From the NCBI GenBank assembly GCA_965224165.1, contig CBDCYM010000011.1, forward strand, positions 4,116,476 to 4,180,475: 64,000 bases of DNA, read 5' to 3'. Source of the DNA: Methyloligellaceae bacterium (GTDB taxonomy: Bacteria > Pseudomonadota > Alphaproteobacteria > Rhizobiales > CBDCYM01). Within the stretch, counting starts at the first letter, position 1. The number at the start of each line of letters is the position of its first letter. The position numbers and the translations under genes were made by a program. Below the pieces are notes generated by a model. The model was not told the origin of the DNA and made no database searches. It saw only the letters and a list, made by a program, of their open reading frames with translations. Of this stretch, positions 20,936 to 31,135 are shown one piece after another.

Positions 20936-22126
20936 TCAGCTCTCGATCACAATTTTCGGTGCTGCTGGCTGAGCTCCAGATTGATTACGCCCAATCTCAT
21001 CCCAAGCTAGACGGGCGATCTCTTTATAAATTTGTGTGTGAGGCGAGTCTGGTGCGCTGACCACGACAGGTTGGCCGGCATCGGATTTCTCACGGATATC
21101 CATATGGAGCGGAACTTCGCCGAGGAAGGGCACACCTAATTTCTCGGCTTCCATCTTTGCCCCGCCATGGCCGAAAATATTGGAGCGCTCGCCACAACTT
21201 GGGCATAGGAAATAGCTCATATTCTCAATAATACCAAGAACAGGCACATCGACCCGGCGGAACATATTAAGCCCTTTACGAGCATCTATAAGGGCCAGAT
21301 CCTGCGGCGTCGAGACGATGATAGCGCCTGCAAGCGGGACCTGCTGGGCCATTGTGAGCTGCGCATCACCAGTGCCGGGGGGCATATCGACAATGAGAAT
21401 ATCCAACTCACCCCAAAGCACCTCTTTAAGCATTTGCGAAAGGGCAGACATTACCATGGGGCCCCGCCAAATCATCGGCGTATCCTCCTCGACCAAAAAC
21501 CCCATGGACATGACACTGAGCCCGTATCCTTGCATAGGTTTAAGGACATTACCTTGAACTGGCTGCGGGCGTCCTGTCAGCCCAAGAAGCCTTGGCATGG
21601 AGGGGCCATAGATATCAGCATCCAAAATGCCAGTTTTCAGGCCATTTTCTTGAAAGGCAAGAGCCAAATTAACAGAAGTGGTAGATTTGCCAACGCCCCC
21701 CTTGCCTGATGCGACGGCTACAATATTTTTTACACCTGGTACCCCTGCAAATTGCTGACCTCCGATTGCGGCGCCGGGGCCTGTACCAGGCTGCATCACC
21801 CTTTGTCCGCCAGGTGGAGAGGACCCTAAAGGCGAACGGGTTTGACCATTGCCACGCGTAGCCTCGCCCGCTTTCCGATCTGCTGTTAACGTAACCGTAA
21901 CAGCTTCTACACCGTCTAAATCTTGTACGACTTTCTCTGCTGCCTGACGTAAAGGTTCAAGCTCTTCTGCCCGATTGGGATCAACGGTAATAGAAAAATA
22001 AACTTTGCCTTTATGAATAACAACTTCTGAGATCAACCCAAGTTCAACGATATTGTCTTCTAAATCAGGGCCTTTAACCCTTTTGAGCGCGTCAAGTACG
22101 CTGTCTTTGGTAAGTATATCTGTCAT
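20936..22126 (-). CDS. apbC: Mrp/ApbC/NBP35-type iron-sulfur cluster carrier ATPase
   Basis: Deviant Walker A SGKGGVGKSTT, CPSCG motif, and an N-terminal DUF59-like domain. I chose the ATG at 22126. Confidence 0.92.
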   Translation of the reverse strand: MTDILTKDSVLDALKRVKGPDLEDNIVELGLISEVVIHKGKVYFSITVDPNRAEELEPLRQAAEKVVQDLDGVEAVTVTLTADRKAGEATRGNGQTRSPLGSSPPGGQRVMQPGTGPGAAIGGQQFAGVPGVKNIVAVASGKGGVGKSTTSVNLALAFQENGLKTGILDADIYGPSMPRLLGLTGRPQPVQGNVLKPMQGYGLSVMSMGFLVEEDTPMIWRGPMVMSALSQMLKEVLWGELDILIVDMPPGTGDAQLTMAQQVPLAGAIIVSTPQDLALIDARKGLNMFRRVDVPVLGIIENMSYFLCPSCGERSNIFGHGGAKMEAEKLGVPFLGEVPLHMDIREKSDAGQPVVVSAPDSPHTQIYKEIARLAWDEIGRNQSGAQPAAPKIVIES

Positions 22127-22300
22127 GGCCTTGGAACTTGATTCCTTATTCAACGTGCATAAGCAGGATTTATACCACAATCTATATCGAAGGCCTTATA
22201 CCAACATGTCGGGACAACGCATATAACGTTAAGTTTACGTGTTAGACTTTGGCCGTGGTGATTGAATGATCTTCATGACCTAATCTAACATAAGGAGGAT

Positions 22301-23188
22301 ATGCTTTTGGATGAATTTTCTGTCCGCCCGGACCCAGATGATGATCGCCTGTCCGTTAATGTGTTGGGTCTCGACCAGAATGGGAAGTCTATTAATACCT
22401 CAGTGGTTACTGAGCGGCCGCTAACGCTTTTTTTGAATGGACAAGAGATCATCACGATGATGACTATTGGGGATCATCCCGATCTCTTAGGTATAGGTTA
22501 TCTCCTAAATCAAAATATGTTGAAAGCGGATGATGAGGTCACGGCCATAGAATATGACGATGAGTTGGAGGCTGTGGTTGTGCGGACCGAGCGTCAGACC
22601 AATTATGAAGAGAAGCTCAAAAAGAAAATCCGCACATCCGGCTGCGCGCAAGGTACGGTATTTGGTGATTTGATGGAGGCATTTTCTACGGTTGAACTTA
22701 GCAAGGATATGGAGGTCCGGACATCCTGGCTTTACGCGCTGCAGAAAAAAATAAACACCAGCCCAAGTCTCTACCTCAAAGCGGGTGCGATCCATGGATG
22801 CGTGCTCTGCAAAGAAGACAAACCGCTGATTTATGTGGAAGATGTCGGCCGGCACAATGCAGTTGATAAAATAGCGGGCTATATGTTCTTAAACAATATC
22901 GCGCCAGAGGATAAGATTTTTTACACCACAGGGCGGCTCACCAGCGAAATGGTGATCAAAACAGTCAAAATGCGAATTCCCGTTCTGATGTCCCGATCCG
23001 GTTTTACTGCTTGGGGCGTCGATCTCGCTCGACAGGCAGGACTAACGCTTATTGGCCGTATGCGTGGCAAACGGTTTGTCGTGCTCTCTGGAGCTGAACG
23101 TATTCATTTCGATCTCAATCCCGAGGCGGTTGGCGAAGAACCTTCTAACCTACAACGCAAAGCAGGTCGCCCAATTAATGGGGCTTGA
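22301..23188 (+). CDS. fdhD: Formate dehydrogenase accessory sulfurtransferase FdhD
   Basis: VEDVGRHNAVDKIAG motif. RBS AAGGAGG lies upstream. Confidence 0.9.
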   Translation: MLLDEFSVRPDPDDDRLSVNVLGLDQNGKSINTSVVTERPLTLFLNGQEIITMMTIGDHPDLLGIGYLLNQNMLKADDEVTAIEYDDELEAVVVRTERQTNYEEKLKKKIRTSGCAQGTVFGDLMEAFSTVELSKDMEVRTSWLYALQKKINTSPSLYLKAGAIHGCVLCKEDKPLIYVEDVGRHNAVDKIAGYMFLNNIAPEDKIFYTTGRLTSEMVIKTVKMRIPVLMSRSGFTAWGVDLARQAGLTLIGRMRGKRFVVLSGAERIHFDLNPEAVGEEPSNLQRKAGRPINGA

Positions 23189-23223
23189 TTTGCATTATTT
23201 CAACATAGATTCAGCTTCGGCCT

Positions 23224-23880
23224 ATGGCATTACTTGAAAGCAATTCATTACCCGAACCCCTTATCGGCTTGCTATTGGCCGGTGGTCAATCTCGGCGCAT
23301 GGGCGGCGGTGATAAGTGTCTTCTTAAGCTTGGAGGGGAACCTTTACTCACTCACATTATCAAGCGGCTAAAGCCGCAAGTCTCAACTATGCTCATCAAT
23401 GCCAATGGCGATCCAGGGCGGTTTGCAGAGTTTGGCCTGCCCGTTATTGCAGATTCGGTAGAAGGTTTCGCTGGACCTCTTGCCGGTGTTTTAGCGGGGA
23501 TGGTATGGGCACGGATGAATCAGCCAGAAACCCGCTGGGTTGTTACAGCCGCAACAGACACACCCTTTTTCCCCGCTGATTATGCTGAAAAACTCTTACA
23601 GTCTGTAGATAACACTTATCCGTCAATTGCATTGTCTACATCTCAGGGGCGTTCCCACCCTGTTTTTGGCCTCTGGCCAACTGCACTCGCGGAGGATCTT
23701 GACCAGGCGTTAAGGTCTGGTGTGCGAAAAGTCTTGGATTGGACGGATCATCATAACACATGCCTGGTAGAATTTTTGCAGATTGAAATCGGCGGTGAGA
23801 AGCTTGATCCGTTTTTCAATGTCAACCGGCCGGAAGATTTGACGCAAGCTGAAACCCTTATTGCCGAGGCGGCTCTATGA
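23224..23880 (+). CDS. mobA: Molybdenum cofactor guanylyltransferase
   Basis: LLLAGGQSRRMGGGDK motif. Confidence 0.9.
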   Translation: MALLESNSLPEPLIGLLLAGGQSRRMGGGDKCLLKLGGEPLLTHIIKRLKPQVSTMLINANGDPGRFAEFGLPVIADSVEGFAGPLAGVLAGMVWARMNQPETRWVVTAATDTPFFPADYAEKLLQSVDNTYPSIALSTSQGRSHPVFGLWPTALAEDLDQALRSGVRKVLDWTDHHNTCLVEFLQIEIGGEKLDPFFNVNRPEDLTQAETLIAEAAL

Positions 23881-24392
23881 CAGCACCCGTTTTTGGTATT
23901 ATAGGTTGGAAAAACTCAGGCAAAACAACGCTTGTGGCCCATCTCGTCGCGGAATTTACAAAACGCGGCTTAACTGTTTCCGCAGTTAAGCATGCTCATC
24001 ATAGCTTCGATATCGATCATAAAGGCCGTGACACCTATAAACTCAGAGAAGCAGGCGCGCGGCAAGTTGCCATTACATCTCCCAAACGTTGGGCGATTAT
24101 GCATGAATTGCGTGATGAGGATGAACCGCCTTTTGAGGAGATCCTTTCACATATTAGTTCATGTGACTTGGTCTTGGTTGAAGGGTATAAGAAAGGTCCC
24201 TTCCCAAAAATCGAAGCGCGTAGCAGCCGAGCCTTAACGCAGGAGCCGCTTGCAGAGAACGATCCACATATTATTGCTATTGCTTCAGACGAAGAGGTGG
24301 AGAAAGGCTCTTTACACTGGTTTAATATTAATGATGTCCCGGCTATTGCCGATTTCATTATGAGACATCTGGAGATAGACACTCGCAGATGA
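23877..24392 (+). CDS. mobB: Molybdopterin-guanine dinucleotide biosynthesis adaptor protein
   Basis: P-loop GWKNSGKTTL. ATGA start/stop overlaps on both sides (mobA and moeA). Confidence 0.9.
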   Translation: MTAPVFGIIGWKNSGKTTLVAHLVAEFTKRGLTVSAVKHAHHSFDIDHKGRDTYKLREAGARQVAITSPKRWAIMHELRDEDEPPFEEILSHISSCDLVLVEGYKKGPFPKIEARSSRALTQEPLAENDPHIIAIASDEEVEKGSLHWFNINDVPAIADFIMRHLEIDTRR

Positions 24393-25672
24393 CCGAGAAA
24401 CTACTCGATGATTGTTTTCTCCATGATAAGGACCGGCTGACTCACAGCGAGGCTCTCGCTATTCTACGTCAACGTGTTACGCCTATCGCAGCAAAAGAGA
24501 AAATATTGCTTGATAAGGCGGCAGGGAGAATATTGGCGGAAGATGTCCGGGCGACACGTCCTATACCGGGCCATACAAATGCGGCCGTTGATGGCTATGC
24601 TTTCGCATTTGCAGATTATGACAGCGAAAATGGCTCACGCTTTCCTATCAGCACACGCATTGCAGCGGGTCATTCGGCAGAAACATCCCTTAAGAAAAAA
24701 ACGGCTGCGCGTATTTTTACCGGCGCTCAATTGCCCGATGGCACGGACACTGTCGTCATGCAGGAGGATACAGAAACCAGTGATGAGGGAGGTGAAGCAT
24801 GGGTAAAAATTCCGCCTGGGCTTAGATCCGGCGCCAATCGCCGCTTAGCGGGAGAAGATGTCGCTAAAGGTGAAATACTCGCAAAACAAGGAAATCGTCT
24901 TCGCCCGCAAGATCTCGCAGCCATAGCCTCGACCGGGATTGATCAAGTTACCTGCTATGAGCCTTTACGCGTCGCTTTATTGTCAACAGGGGACGAAATT
25001 ATTAGACCGGGCCAGGATTTACGGGCGGGTCAGGTTTATGATGCCAACGCCCCTATGCTACAAGCTCTGATTGCGGCAACCGGTGCAGACTGTATGGATA
25101 TAGGGGTTTTACCCGACACCGAAGAAGCTGTTTTTGATGCGCTTAAATTTGCTGGAGAAAAGTTCGACGCTCTCATTACATCAGGTGGCGCAAGTCGCGG
25201 CGAAGAAGATTATATCGTTAAAACACTTGACCGGATCGGCAGCCTGCATATGTGGCAAATTGCGGTAAAACCCGGTCGTCCCATGTCTTTTGGCCAGATC
25301 GGTGACTGTGTTGTCACAGGGTTACCAGGCAATCCGGTCGCTGTATTTGTTTGCTTTCTACTTTATGTCCAACCTCTTCTCATCCGGCTCTCAGGTGGGC
25401 ATTGGCCGGAGCCTTTGCGTTTTCGTGTCAAAGCCGGTTTTTCCGTAAAAAATAAAAAAGCGGATCGGAGAGAGTTTTGGCGAGGCTTCTTGGAGAAGAA
25501 CAGCCAGGGCGAGAATTTTGCACAAAAGTTTCCTCGTGACGGATCTGGCCTCATTTCCTCACTCCGGGCGGCTACCGGGCTTATTGAGGTGGCGGAAGAT
25601 GTGACCGGAATTGAAGTGGGAGACGAGGTGGATTTCATCCCACTCTCCGAATTCGGGATTTTTCCCAAATAG
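24389..25672 (+). CDS. moeA: Molybdopterin molybdotransferase
   Basis: MoeA-like along the full length, including SGGASRGEEDY and GLPGNPVA. Confidence 0.9.
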   Translation: MTEKLLDDCFLHDKDRLTHSEALAILRQRVTPIAAKEKILLDKAAGRILAEDVRATRPIPGHTNAAVDGYAFAFADYDSENGSRFPISTRIAAGHSAETSLKKKTAARIFTGAQLPDGTDTVVMQEDTETSDEGGEAWVKIPPGLRSGANRRLAGEDVAKGEILAKQGNRLRPQDLAAIASTGIDQVTCYEPLRVALLSTGDEIIRPGQDLRAGQVYDANAPMLQALIAATGADCMDIGVLPDTEEAVFDALKFAGEKFDALITSGGASRGEEDYIVKTLDRIGSLHMWQIAVKPGRPMSFGQIGDCVVTGLPGNPVAVFVCFLLYVQPLLIRLSGGHWPEPLRFRVKAGFSVKNKKADRREFWRGFLEKNSQGENFAQKFPRDGSGLISSLRAATGLIEVAEDVTGIEVGDEVDFIPLSEFGIFPK

Positions 25673-25972
25673 CTGGAAAACCCAAAGCCCCATAAATTAA
25701 TTTTCTAGGAATGCCATATTTTCGGTCCAATTCCATGTGCCTAAATAAGACAGCAAGGATGAGTACGGTCAGCTACTAAATGGCGCATGAGTATCACGCC
25801 AAGACCGATAAAATCTAACATCAAGAGAAAGAGCCGTCATATCAGACCGCAATAACGACCCGCAGTTAAACAGGCAAAAAGGTTTTGGCTGGAGGGAATC
25901 TTAATATTAAGCATATTAAGCCCTGAATTGAGGTTGTTGCAGTCTCCAATATGACCGGCTTCGAGACGTAAT

Positions 25973-28390
25973 ATGTTTGAGGCATTACGCTTTGTAGTGC
26001 GTATCGTCGAAGGTATCGTTGCTTTGTTTCAAGGCAGCATACGGCTGGCTATACGTGCAATAGACTGTATTCCACAAATTCCAAGATGGTTGCGGTATAT
26101 CACATTTCCTATTCTCTCTTATGTTCTGCTTACTTTAATCCTTGTTTATCCATACGCCTTTATTCGGGGCTGGACAGGGCAAGCCTGGCATACGGATGTG
26201 CTTAAATATGCAAGTGAACGGTGGCTTGCCACCGCTCTTTATGATGCTAAAGGCCGCTTTGTCGGAACCTTTGATCCACGAATGGACTCCAAACGGGATG
26301 TCAATTACACCGCACTGCCTATTGAATTGCCAGGTGACGATTACATAGCTAGTCCTGATCACAAATCTATTCCGGTTCGAGCTATTCCAGAACATTATTG
26401 GCAATGCCTGAAATATCATGAGGACCGCAGGTTAGGCAGTGCACTTAATCCTTTTGGCATTGATTTTTATGGCGTTCTTAAGATTCCCTACAGCACATTG
26501 AAACGATCCATTTCATCTAGGCGCTTGCACCTTGGCGTAGGCGGTTCGACAATTCCAATGCAACTTGTTCGCGCGATCTACAAGTTGACGCCGAGCCGTG
26601 GTGAAGGCGTCTCGGGAAAAATCAGTCGCAAATTTATGGAGTGGTGGTATGCACCGGTCATCTATAGAGCGTTGTCACGAAATGGCGACCATAAACTACT
26701 AAAACGCTGGGCGGCGGATCACCTTCCTCTCGCGCAGCGCACCGGCGGTCCACCACTTTACGGCGTTGAGCAAACAAGCCGCGTTGTCTTTGGCAAACCG
26801 GCCTCAAGCCTCACCAAAGCAGAGCAATTTGTCTTAGCAGGTGCGGTAAACCATCCCATTATACTTCTTCCCGGCAGTAAGCGGCTCAATCGCGTTCGGT
26901 TAGATGCTTGGCGTAAAATCATACTGGTCAGAGCGCATAAATGTGCGATTACCCTGCTAGATCAAGGCAGCGCTCAGATCGAGGTAATCGCAGAGCTTGA
27001 CAAGCTTGCCGACGGACCACCCGATCCGCGTGTTCCACCAAAAATTAATGAAACACTGCTTGCCTATGCTCCAAAATTGGCAAAACGTGCTCGCGCAAAT
27101 CCGATTCTCCGTGCCCATATTTTAGCTCCCGCCATCCGTTACGGTGTGCGCAAGGAAATGGAGGACATTTACGGCTTTGATTGGCGGGATTATGTACGTG
27201 GTGTCAATCTTACACTCGATGTTTCTGAGAATTTGCGGTTCCGCGAACGCGTCAAAACAGGTCTGGCTAAACTGCAAAAACGCTATCAAACTTCAATAAA
27301 TCACCCTTTTTCTCTCAATATGATGGCTGCCTCAAAAGATGGAAACCAATCAGTTCCGGATATTGTTGTTGTCGCGGCCAACGCAAAAGGTGAGATCGTT
27401 CGATATTTCGATTCAGGATATTCAGCACCCTATTTCGGGTCCTGGAATGCTTTTAATCGCGAAACCGGAGGTTATGAGCCAAATCAAGAAAGCCGAGCTA
27501 TTGCCTCTATTGGTAAGATGCTTGCGGCTATCGCTATTGCGAATGTACGAAAAGACACCCTGGACACTCTATATATTGATACGAACGCGCCTGAAAGGGG
27601 GCTTGAAAGTTGTCGGCGACGGGGTGGGTTGCGCCGTGGGCGGCGCGCTGAAGTTGTTTTTGCATGCTCGCTCTCCAACCCGCTTGAGAAGCGCCTTGCA
27701 GGCCTTGGCCAAGAGATCAGCGGCAAACTTGCGCGTAATTTTGGCTTTACAATGCCGCCCAATTTCGATTTGGCGGAGGAAACACCAGCATCCACTGCAA
27801 TTGTACGTGGTCATGTCACGGCAAGCCCGCGAACGGTCCATCGCATGGCCGGCACAATTTTGGCGTCATTGATAGGCCGGGCCAATAAGCCCCTTGAGTT
27901 ACCGCATATCATAAAGCGGTTTGATCTCAATATTCAGAATAAGCAAGTCAATAGAGAAACACATACAACCGATATCGTTATTCCTGGAAAACTTATTCGC
28001 TCTGACGCACGTACACGTCTAATGTCCTTTCTTTCAGCACCACTTTGTTATGCGCACCGCGGACGAAAACACGGAACACTGAAGAGCCTTTCAGATTGGT
28101 GTGCAGCGCGGCGCAAAGATATTCGTTTACACTTTGCTAAGACCGGCACACATGTCAATCTCGATCATGATGCAACAGTCGATGTTTGGGTAGCGGGTGG
28201 CATACAGTTTGCCAACGGATCTGCTTACTCCTATGTGGTTCTTTTAGGGACAGGTAATTCGACAAAACCATTTGCCCAACGCCTTCATGCAGCTGATTTG
28301 GCGGCACCTCTTGCTCGTATTCTTCTCAAAGATCTCTCTGAGCATGCAAAAAAACGTTCACGAACAACACTCTCTCATGTACGGCCATAG
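25973..28390 (+). CDS. Strongly diverged class-A penicillin-binding-protein-like protein (GT51 transglycosylase plus acyl-serine transferase motifs)
   Basis: N-terminal TM helix. GT51-like blocks HEDRRLG...GIDFYG, GGSTIPMQLVR and SRKFMEW. Transpeptidase-like ASIGK (SxxK) and FAKTGTH (KTG). Confidence 0.65.
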   Translation: MFEALRFVVRIVEGIVALFQGSIRLAIRAIDCIPQIPRWLRYITFPILSYVLLTLILVYPYAFIRGWTGQAWHTDVLKYASERWLATALYDAKGRFVGTFDPRMDSKRDVNYTALPIELPGDDYIASPDHKSIPVRAIPEHYWQCLKYHEDRRLGSALNPFGIDFYGVLKIPYSTLKRSISSRRLHLGVGGSTIPMQLVRAIYKLTPSRGEGVSGKISRKFMEWWYAPVIYRALSRNGDHKLLKRWAADHLPLAQRTGGPPLYGVEQTSRVVFGKPASSLTKAEQFVLAGAVNHPIILLPGSKRLNRVRLDAWRKIILVRAHKCAITLLDQGSAQIEVIAELDKLADGPPDPRVPPKINETLLAYAPKLAKRARANPILRAHILAPAIRYGVRKEMEDIYGFDWRDYVRGVNLTLDVSENLRFRERVKTGLAKLQKRYQTSINHPFSLNMMAASKDGNQSVPDIVVVAANAKGEIVRYFDSGYSAPYFGSWNAFNRETGGYEPNQESRAIASIGKMLAAIAIANVRKDTLDTLYIDTNAPERGLESCRRRGGLRRGRRAEVVFACSLSNPLEKRLAGLGQEISGKLARNFGFTMPPNFDLAEETPASTAIVRGHVTASPRTVHRMAGTILASLIGRANKPLELPHIIKRFDLNIQNKQVNRETHTTDIVIPGKLIRSDARTRLMSFLSAPLCYAHRGRKHGTLKSLSDWCAARRKDIRLHFAKTGTHVNLDHDATVDVWVAGGIQFANGSAYSYVVLLGTGNSTKPFAQRLHAADLAAPLARILLKDLSEHAKKRSRTTLSHVRP

Positions 28391-28588
28391 AGAGGTCACA
28401 ATGAGAAATTATTACAAAGGCTGATCTGAGCTTTTTCATGAAAATGTGGGGTTCACATGACAAAGCCGGATACCGTCGGGGGGCGGTTAGAACAATACGT
28501 TTCTACAGTAGCGTAATCATTGTTTAAGTGCGGGTCAGTTACGCGTTTGCTTCACCCGCCCTACTTATGGGAGCAATCTGGGTCAATT

Positions 28589-31135
28589 ATGTTTTCGCGG
28601 AAAAGCCGCCAGGCAAACGCGGCACTGCGTATGGACAGGGTTATGGATGACCTGCCCACGCAACACCATCGGGGCAAACGTTCTAAGCCGTTTTTTCCAT
28701 CTCTAACGAAGTTTCTGCTTATCCTTGGTTTGGGCTTTCTTTCCTGGCTCGCCACCTATACCGGCATGCTGGAACTTATTCTCGCCAACACTGGTGCTAT
28801 TGATTTCTCAGTCAGAGTCGCCATTGGTTTCGCCGTCGCGATGCTGATGCTTATGATCATATATTTGTTGGATTCGCTCTTCTCCCCAATCAAATGGTGG
28901 CTCCGGTGTCTTTATCTTGTCGGCTATGTATTTCTCACTTTAATCTCAGTGGGTTTTGGCTTCGGATTTTACTGGAAATTTCTTGAAGCTAGGTCAGAAG
29001 CTACCCGGTCAGCTGAAAGCGCGGTAACTCAGGTTCAAACAGCCTTGCAGGGCGGACAGACCCGTCTTGAACAACTAGAAACGACGCTCGTATCTTTGAC
29101 GGCGCTTTCTACACAAAAGGCCGAAGAAGAACGCACGAAAGGCCAGACCTGCCCCAAAAGTCCTCCCGGAGATGGACCCCGCCGTCGCTTGCGTGATGCG
29201 GATGCGAAAAATTTTCAATTTGCCGGAAATTTTGTGAAGAAACGCGCCGGTACCGTGAAAAACGATATCTCCGCCCTTAACACTGATCTTGCTAAGATCT
29301 CATCCGGCGATAAAACAACCGTTGATCCTAAGACCGGAACACGAAACGCATTTTTACGCGCCCTCAGTCATAAACTCGACTTGACTATTACGCGTTTCAA
29401 TGCGTTTCGCACGGACCCTCAGCTTCGTCTTTTTCGCGATAACTTTTCTTCGCGGTCGAGTCAAACCGTTTTCGATAATGGGCGTGGTGGTAAATTTCGC
29501 TGCCCGGATCCGCAGTTGCAAGCCGCTTTAAGAGGTGTGGTCAAAGCCATAGATGGCTTACCGGAACTTGAAAAACCTAAAATTGCAGCCGTGGAAGGAT
29601 CTGAAGCCATTGTTGAAGCGTTTCGACGGCTTGTCACAACAACGGCAGGTGTAATTACGCTGAAACTGCCGCCGACGCCGGATGAGCTGCGAACACTTCA
29701 ACAAAAGGCCGTGCAAAGTGTGCGCAGTGGTGCCCCACGTAATCCGGCATTGCATCGTCAGGCTGGTCTTGGCGAACGAGATTATATCCCCCTCTTTGTC
29801 GCAATATTCGTTGATTTTTGCATCCTCCTGGTTTCCGTTAACCGTCCGGTGAACCGGTTACAGAATATAGTTCATGCCGCCCGAAACGCACGAGGAGCAC
29901 AAATGCATGAAGTTCTCGACCGCTTCCATGAAGTCCATGAAGGAGGACGCAGTCAGAGGTTGGATGTTTTTCATGAAGTCATGTTTGATGCCGGTGGCGA
30001 CCAATATGTCGCCGTGCCTCTCGACCTCAGAGACAAATCTGCAGATCAAGCGGATGAAGAACACGACAGAAAATTTATGCAGATACGCTATTTGTCGACG
30101 CTACTTGTCGCTTTGGAAGAGGCGGGACTTGTCAGCCGTTCGGTTCTTATTGGTGAGAGAGCGGCTCGAAAAAATTTAAAGAAACTCGGCAGTCGTTTCG
30201 CAGACGCTCCTTCTTTCCGGGTTTATCGCTTTACTAAGGGGGCATGGTCGGCAATCGTACTTGATGACATTATTGGTGCCTCGAGTAAGCTCCAGGCAGA
30301 AAAAATTGCTGAGATGCGCCGTCGGTCTCTTCAACCGGTATTAAGCCTGACAGCTCAGGACATGACAACTTCAAACGATTTATATCAGCGCTCAGCGGAA
30401 GATGGGGTGAATCGAAGATCTTTCACAGATCTTAAAGTTTCTTCCGAGCATGATGAAAGGCGTCAGGAGCCTTATTTTGAAAACAACATAAAGCAGCCTG
30501 TCACCACGGATGAAGACCCAGCTCCATCACCTCCTCCATTAAAAAATGCTGAAGACCGGCTTCATGGGCAGAATTCAGAGAATTTGGAGGTAAATACTTC
30601 ATTACTAGCCACCCCACCCCCTCTGCCAGAAGAAAGAACTGACATCAGAAAAGAGGAGAGCAAAGAAAAGGGCGATAACGTCGTAATCACCCTCTTTAAT
30701 GAGATGAACGATAACGATCAACTGCACTCCGCTCACGACAATCGACTTAATAATGATCCGCCAGAGCTGCCCCATTCATCAAATGAAATCCCAAATCAAG
30801 GCCTTATCACAGCTTTAACCGAGGTCATTCACGACATTGCGCTCAAACCAAATGATGATGCTGAAATGCAAAGCGCGGAGGTTGGTAAGAATCCGGTAAG
30901 ACACGCTAAAATTGTAGATCATCATCCTGGCGGCGTATTCGAAATGGAGGCGACCTCATATGAGGAAAGAGAAAATTGGGACCAAGCCCACAAGCAAGGC
31001 TGGCGCGAACAGCACGATGCCCAGCTTCTGGCTGAATTATCGGAACCTTCTTGGAGTCAGCCAGAGATTAATATCGAGAAAATTGCAAGAACATTTGCCG
31101 CCAAGGGGGCCGCTAATGACAAAACGAAGGACTAA
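28589..31135 (+). CDS. Large polytopic membrane protein with coiled-coil region and low-complexity C-terminus (848 aa), unknown function
   Basis: ATG at 28589. At least 3 N-terminal TM helices, then the heptad-like AESAVTQVQTALQGGQTRLEQLETTLVSL, another TM (YIPLFVAIFVDFCILLVSV), and an acidic/Pro-rich tail. Confidence 0.65.
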   Translation: MFSRKSRQANAALRMDRVMDDLPTQHHRGKRSKPFFPSLTKFLLILGLGFLSWLATYTGMLELILANTGAIDFSVRVAIGFAVAMLMLMIIYLLDSLFSPIKWWLRCLYLVGYVFLTLISVGFGFGFYWKFLEARSEATRSAESAVTQVQTALQGGQTRLEQLETTLVSLTALSTQKAEEERTKGQTCPKSPPGDGPRRRLRDADAKNFQFAGNFVKKRAGTVKNDISALNTDLAKISSGDKTTVDPKTGTRNAFLRALSHKLDLTITRFNAFRTDPQLRLFRDNFSSRSSQTVFDNGRGGKFRCPDPQLQAALRGVVKAIDGLPELEKPKIAAVEGSEAIVEAFRRLVTTTAGVITLKLPPTPDELRTLQQKAVQSVRSGAPRNPALHRQAGLGERDYIPLFVAIFVDFCILLVSVNRPVNRLQNIVHAARNARGAQMHEVLDRFHEVHEGGRSQRLDVFHEVMFDAGGDQYVAVPLDLRDKSADQADEEHDRKFMQIRYLSTLLVALEEAGLVSRSVLIGERAARKNLKKLGSRFADAPSFRVYRFTKGAWSAIVLDDIIGASSKLQAEKIAEMRRRSLQPVLSLTAQDMTTSNDLYQRSAEDGVNRRSFTDLKVSSEHDERRQEPYFENNIKQPVTTDEDPAPSPPPLKNAEDRLHGQNSENLEVNTSLLATPPPLPEERTDIRKEESKEKGDNVVITLFNEMNDNDQLHSAHDNRLNNDPPELPHSSNEIPNQGLITALTEVIHDIALKPNDDAEMQSAEVGKNPVRHAKIVDHHPGGVFEMEATSYEERENWDQAHKQGWREQHDAQLLAELSEPSWSQPEINIEKIARTFAAKGAANDKTKD

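Noticed and set aside
25740-25850. Possible ~27-aa hydrophobic minus-strand peptide (LMLDFIGLGVILMRHLVADRTHPCCLI) in the moeA/PBP-like spacer, considered as a type I toxin-like small ORF.
   Set aside because: It has no SD, no clear start codon context, no antisense RNA signature and no terminator. It cannot be distinguished from chance at this length.
30960-31115. The upstream 52 codons of ORF 30960..31964, which would overlap the 848-aa gene by 176 nt.
   Set aside because: A long out-of-frame overlap is unlikely. The ATG at 31116 gives a typical short coupling overlap instead.
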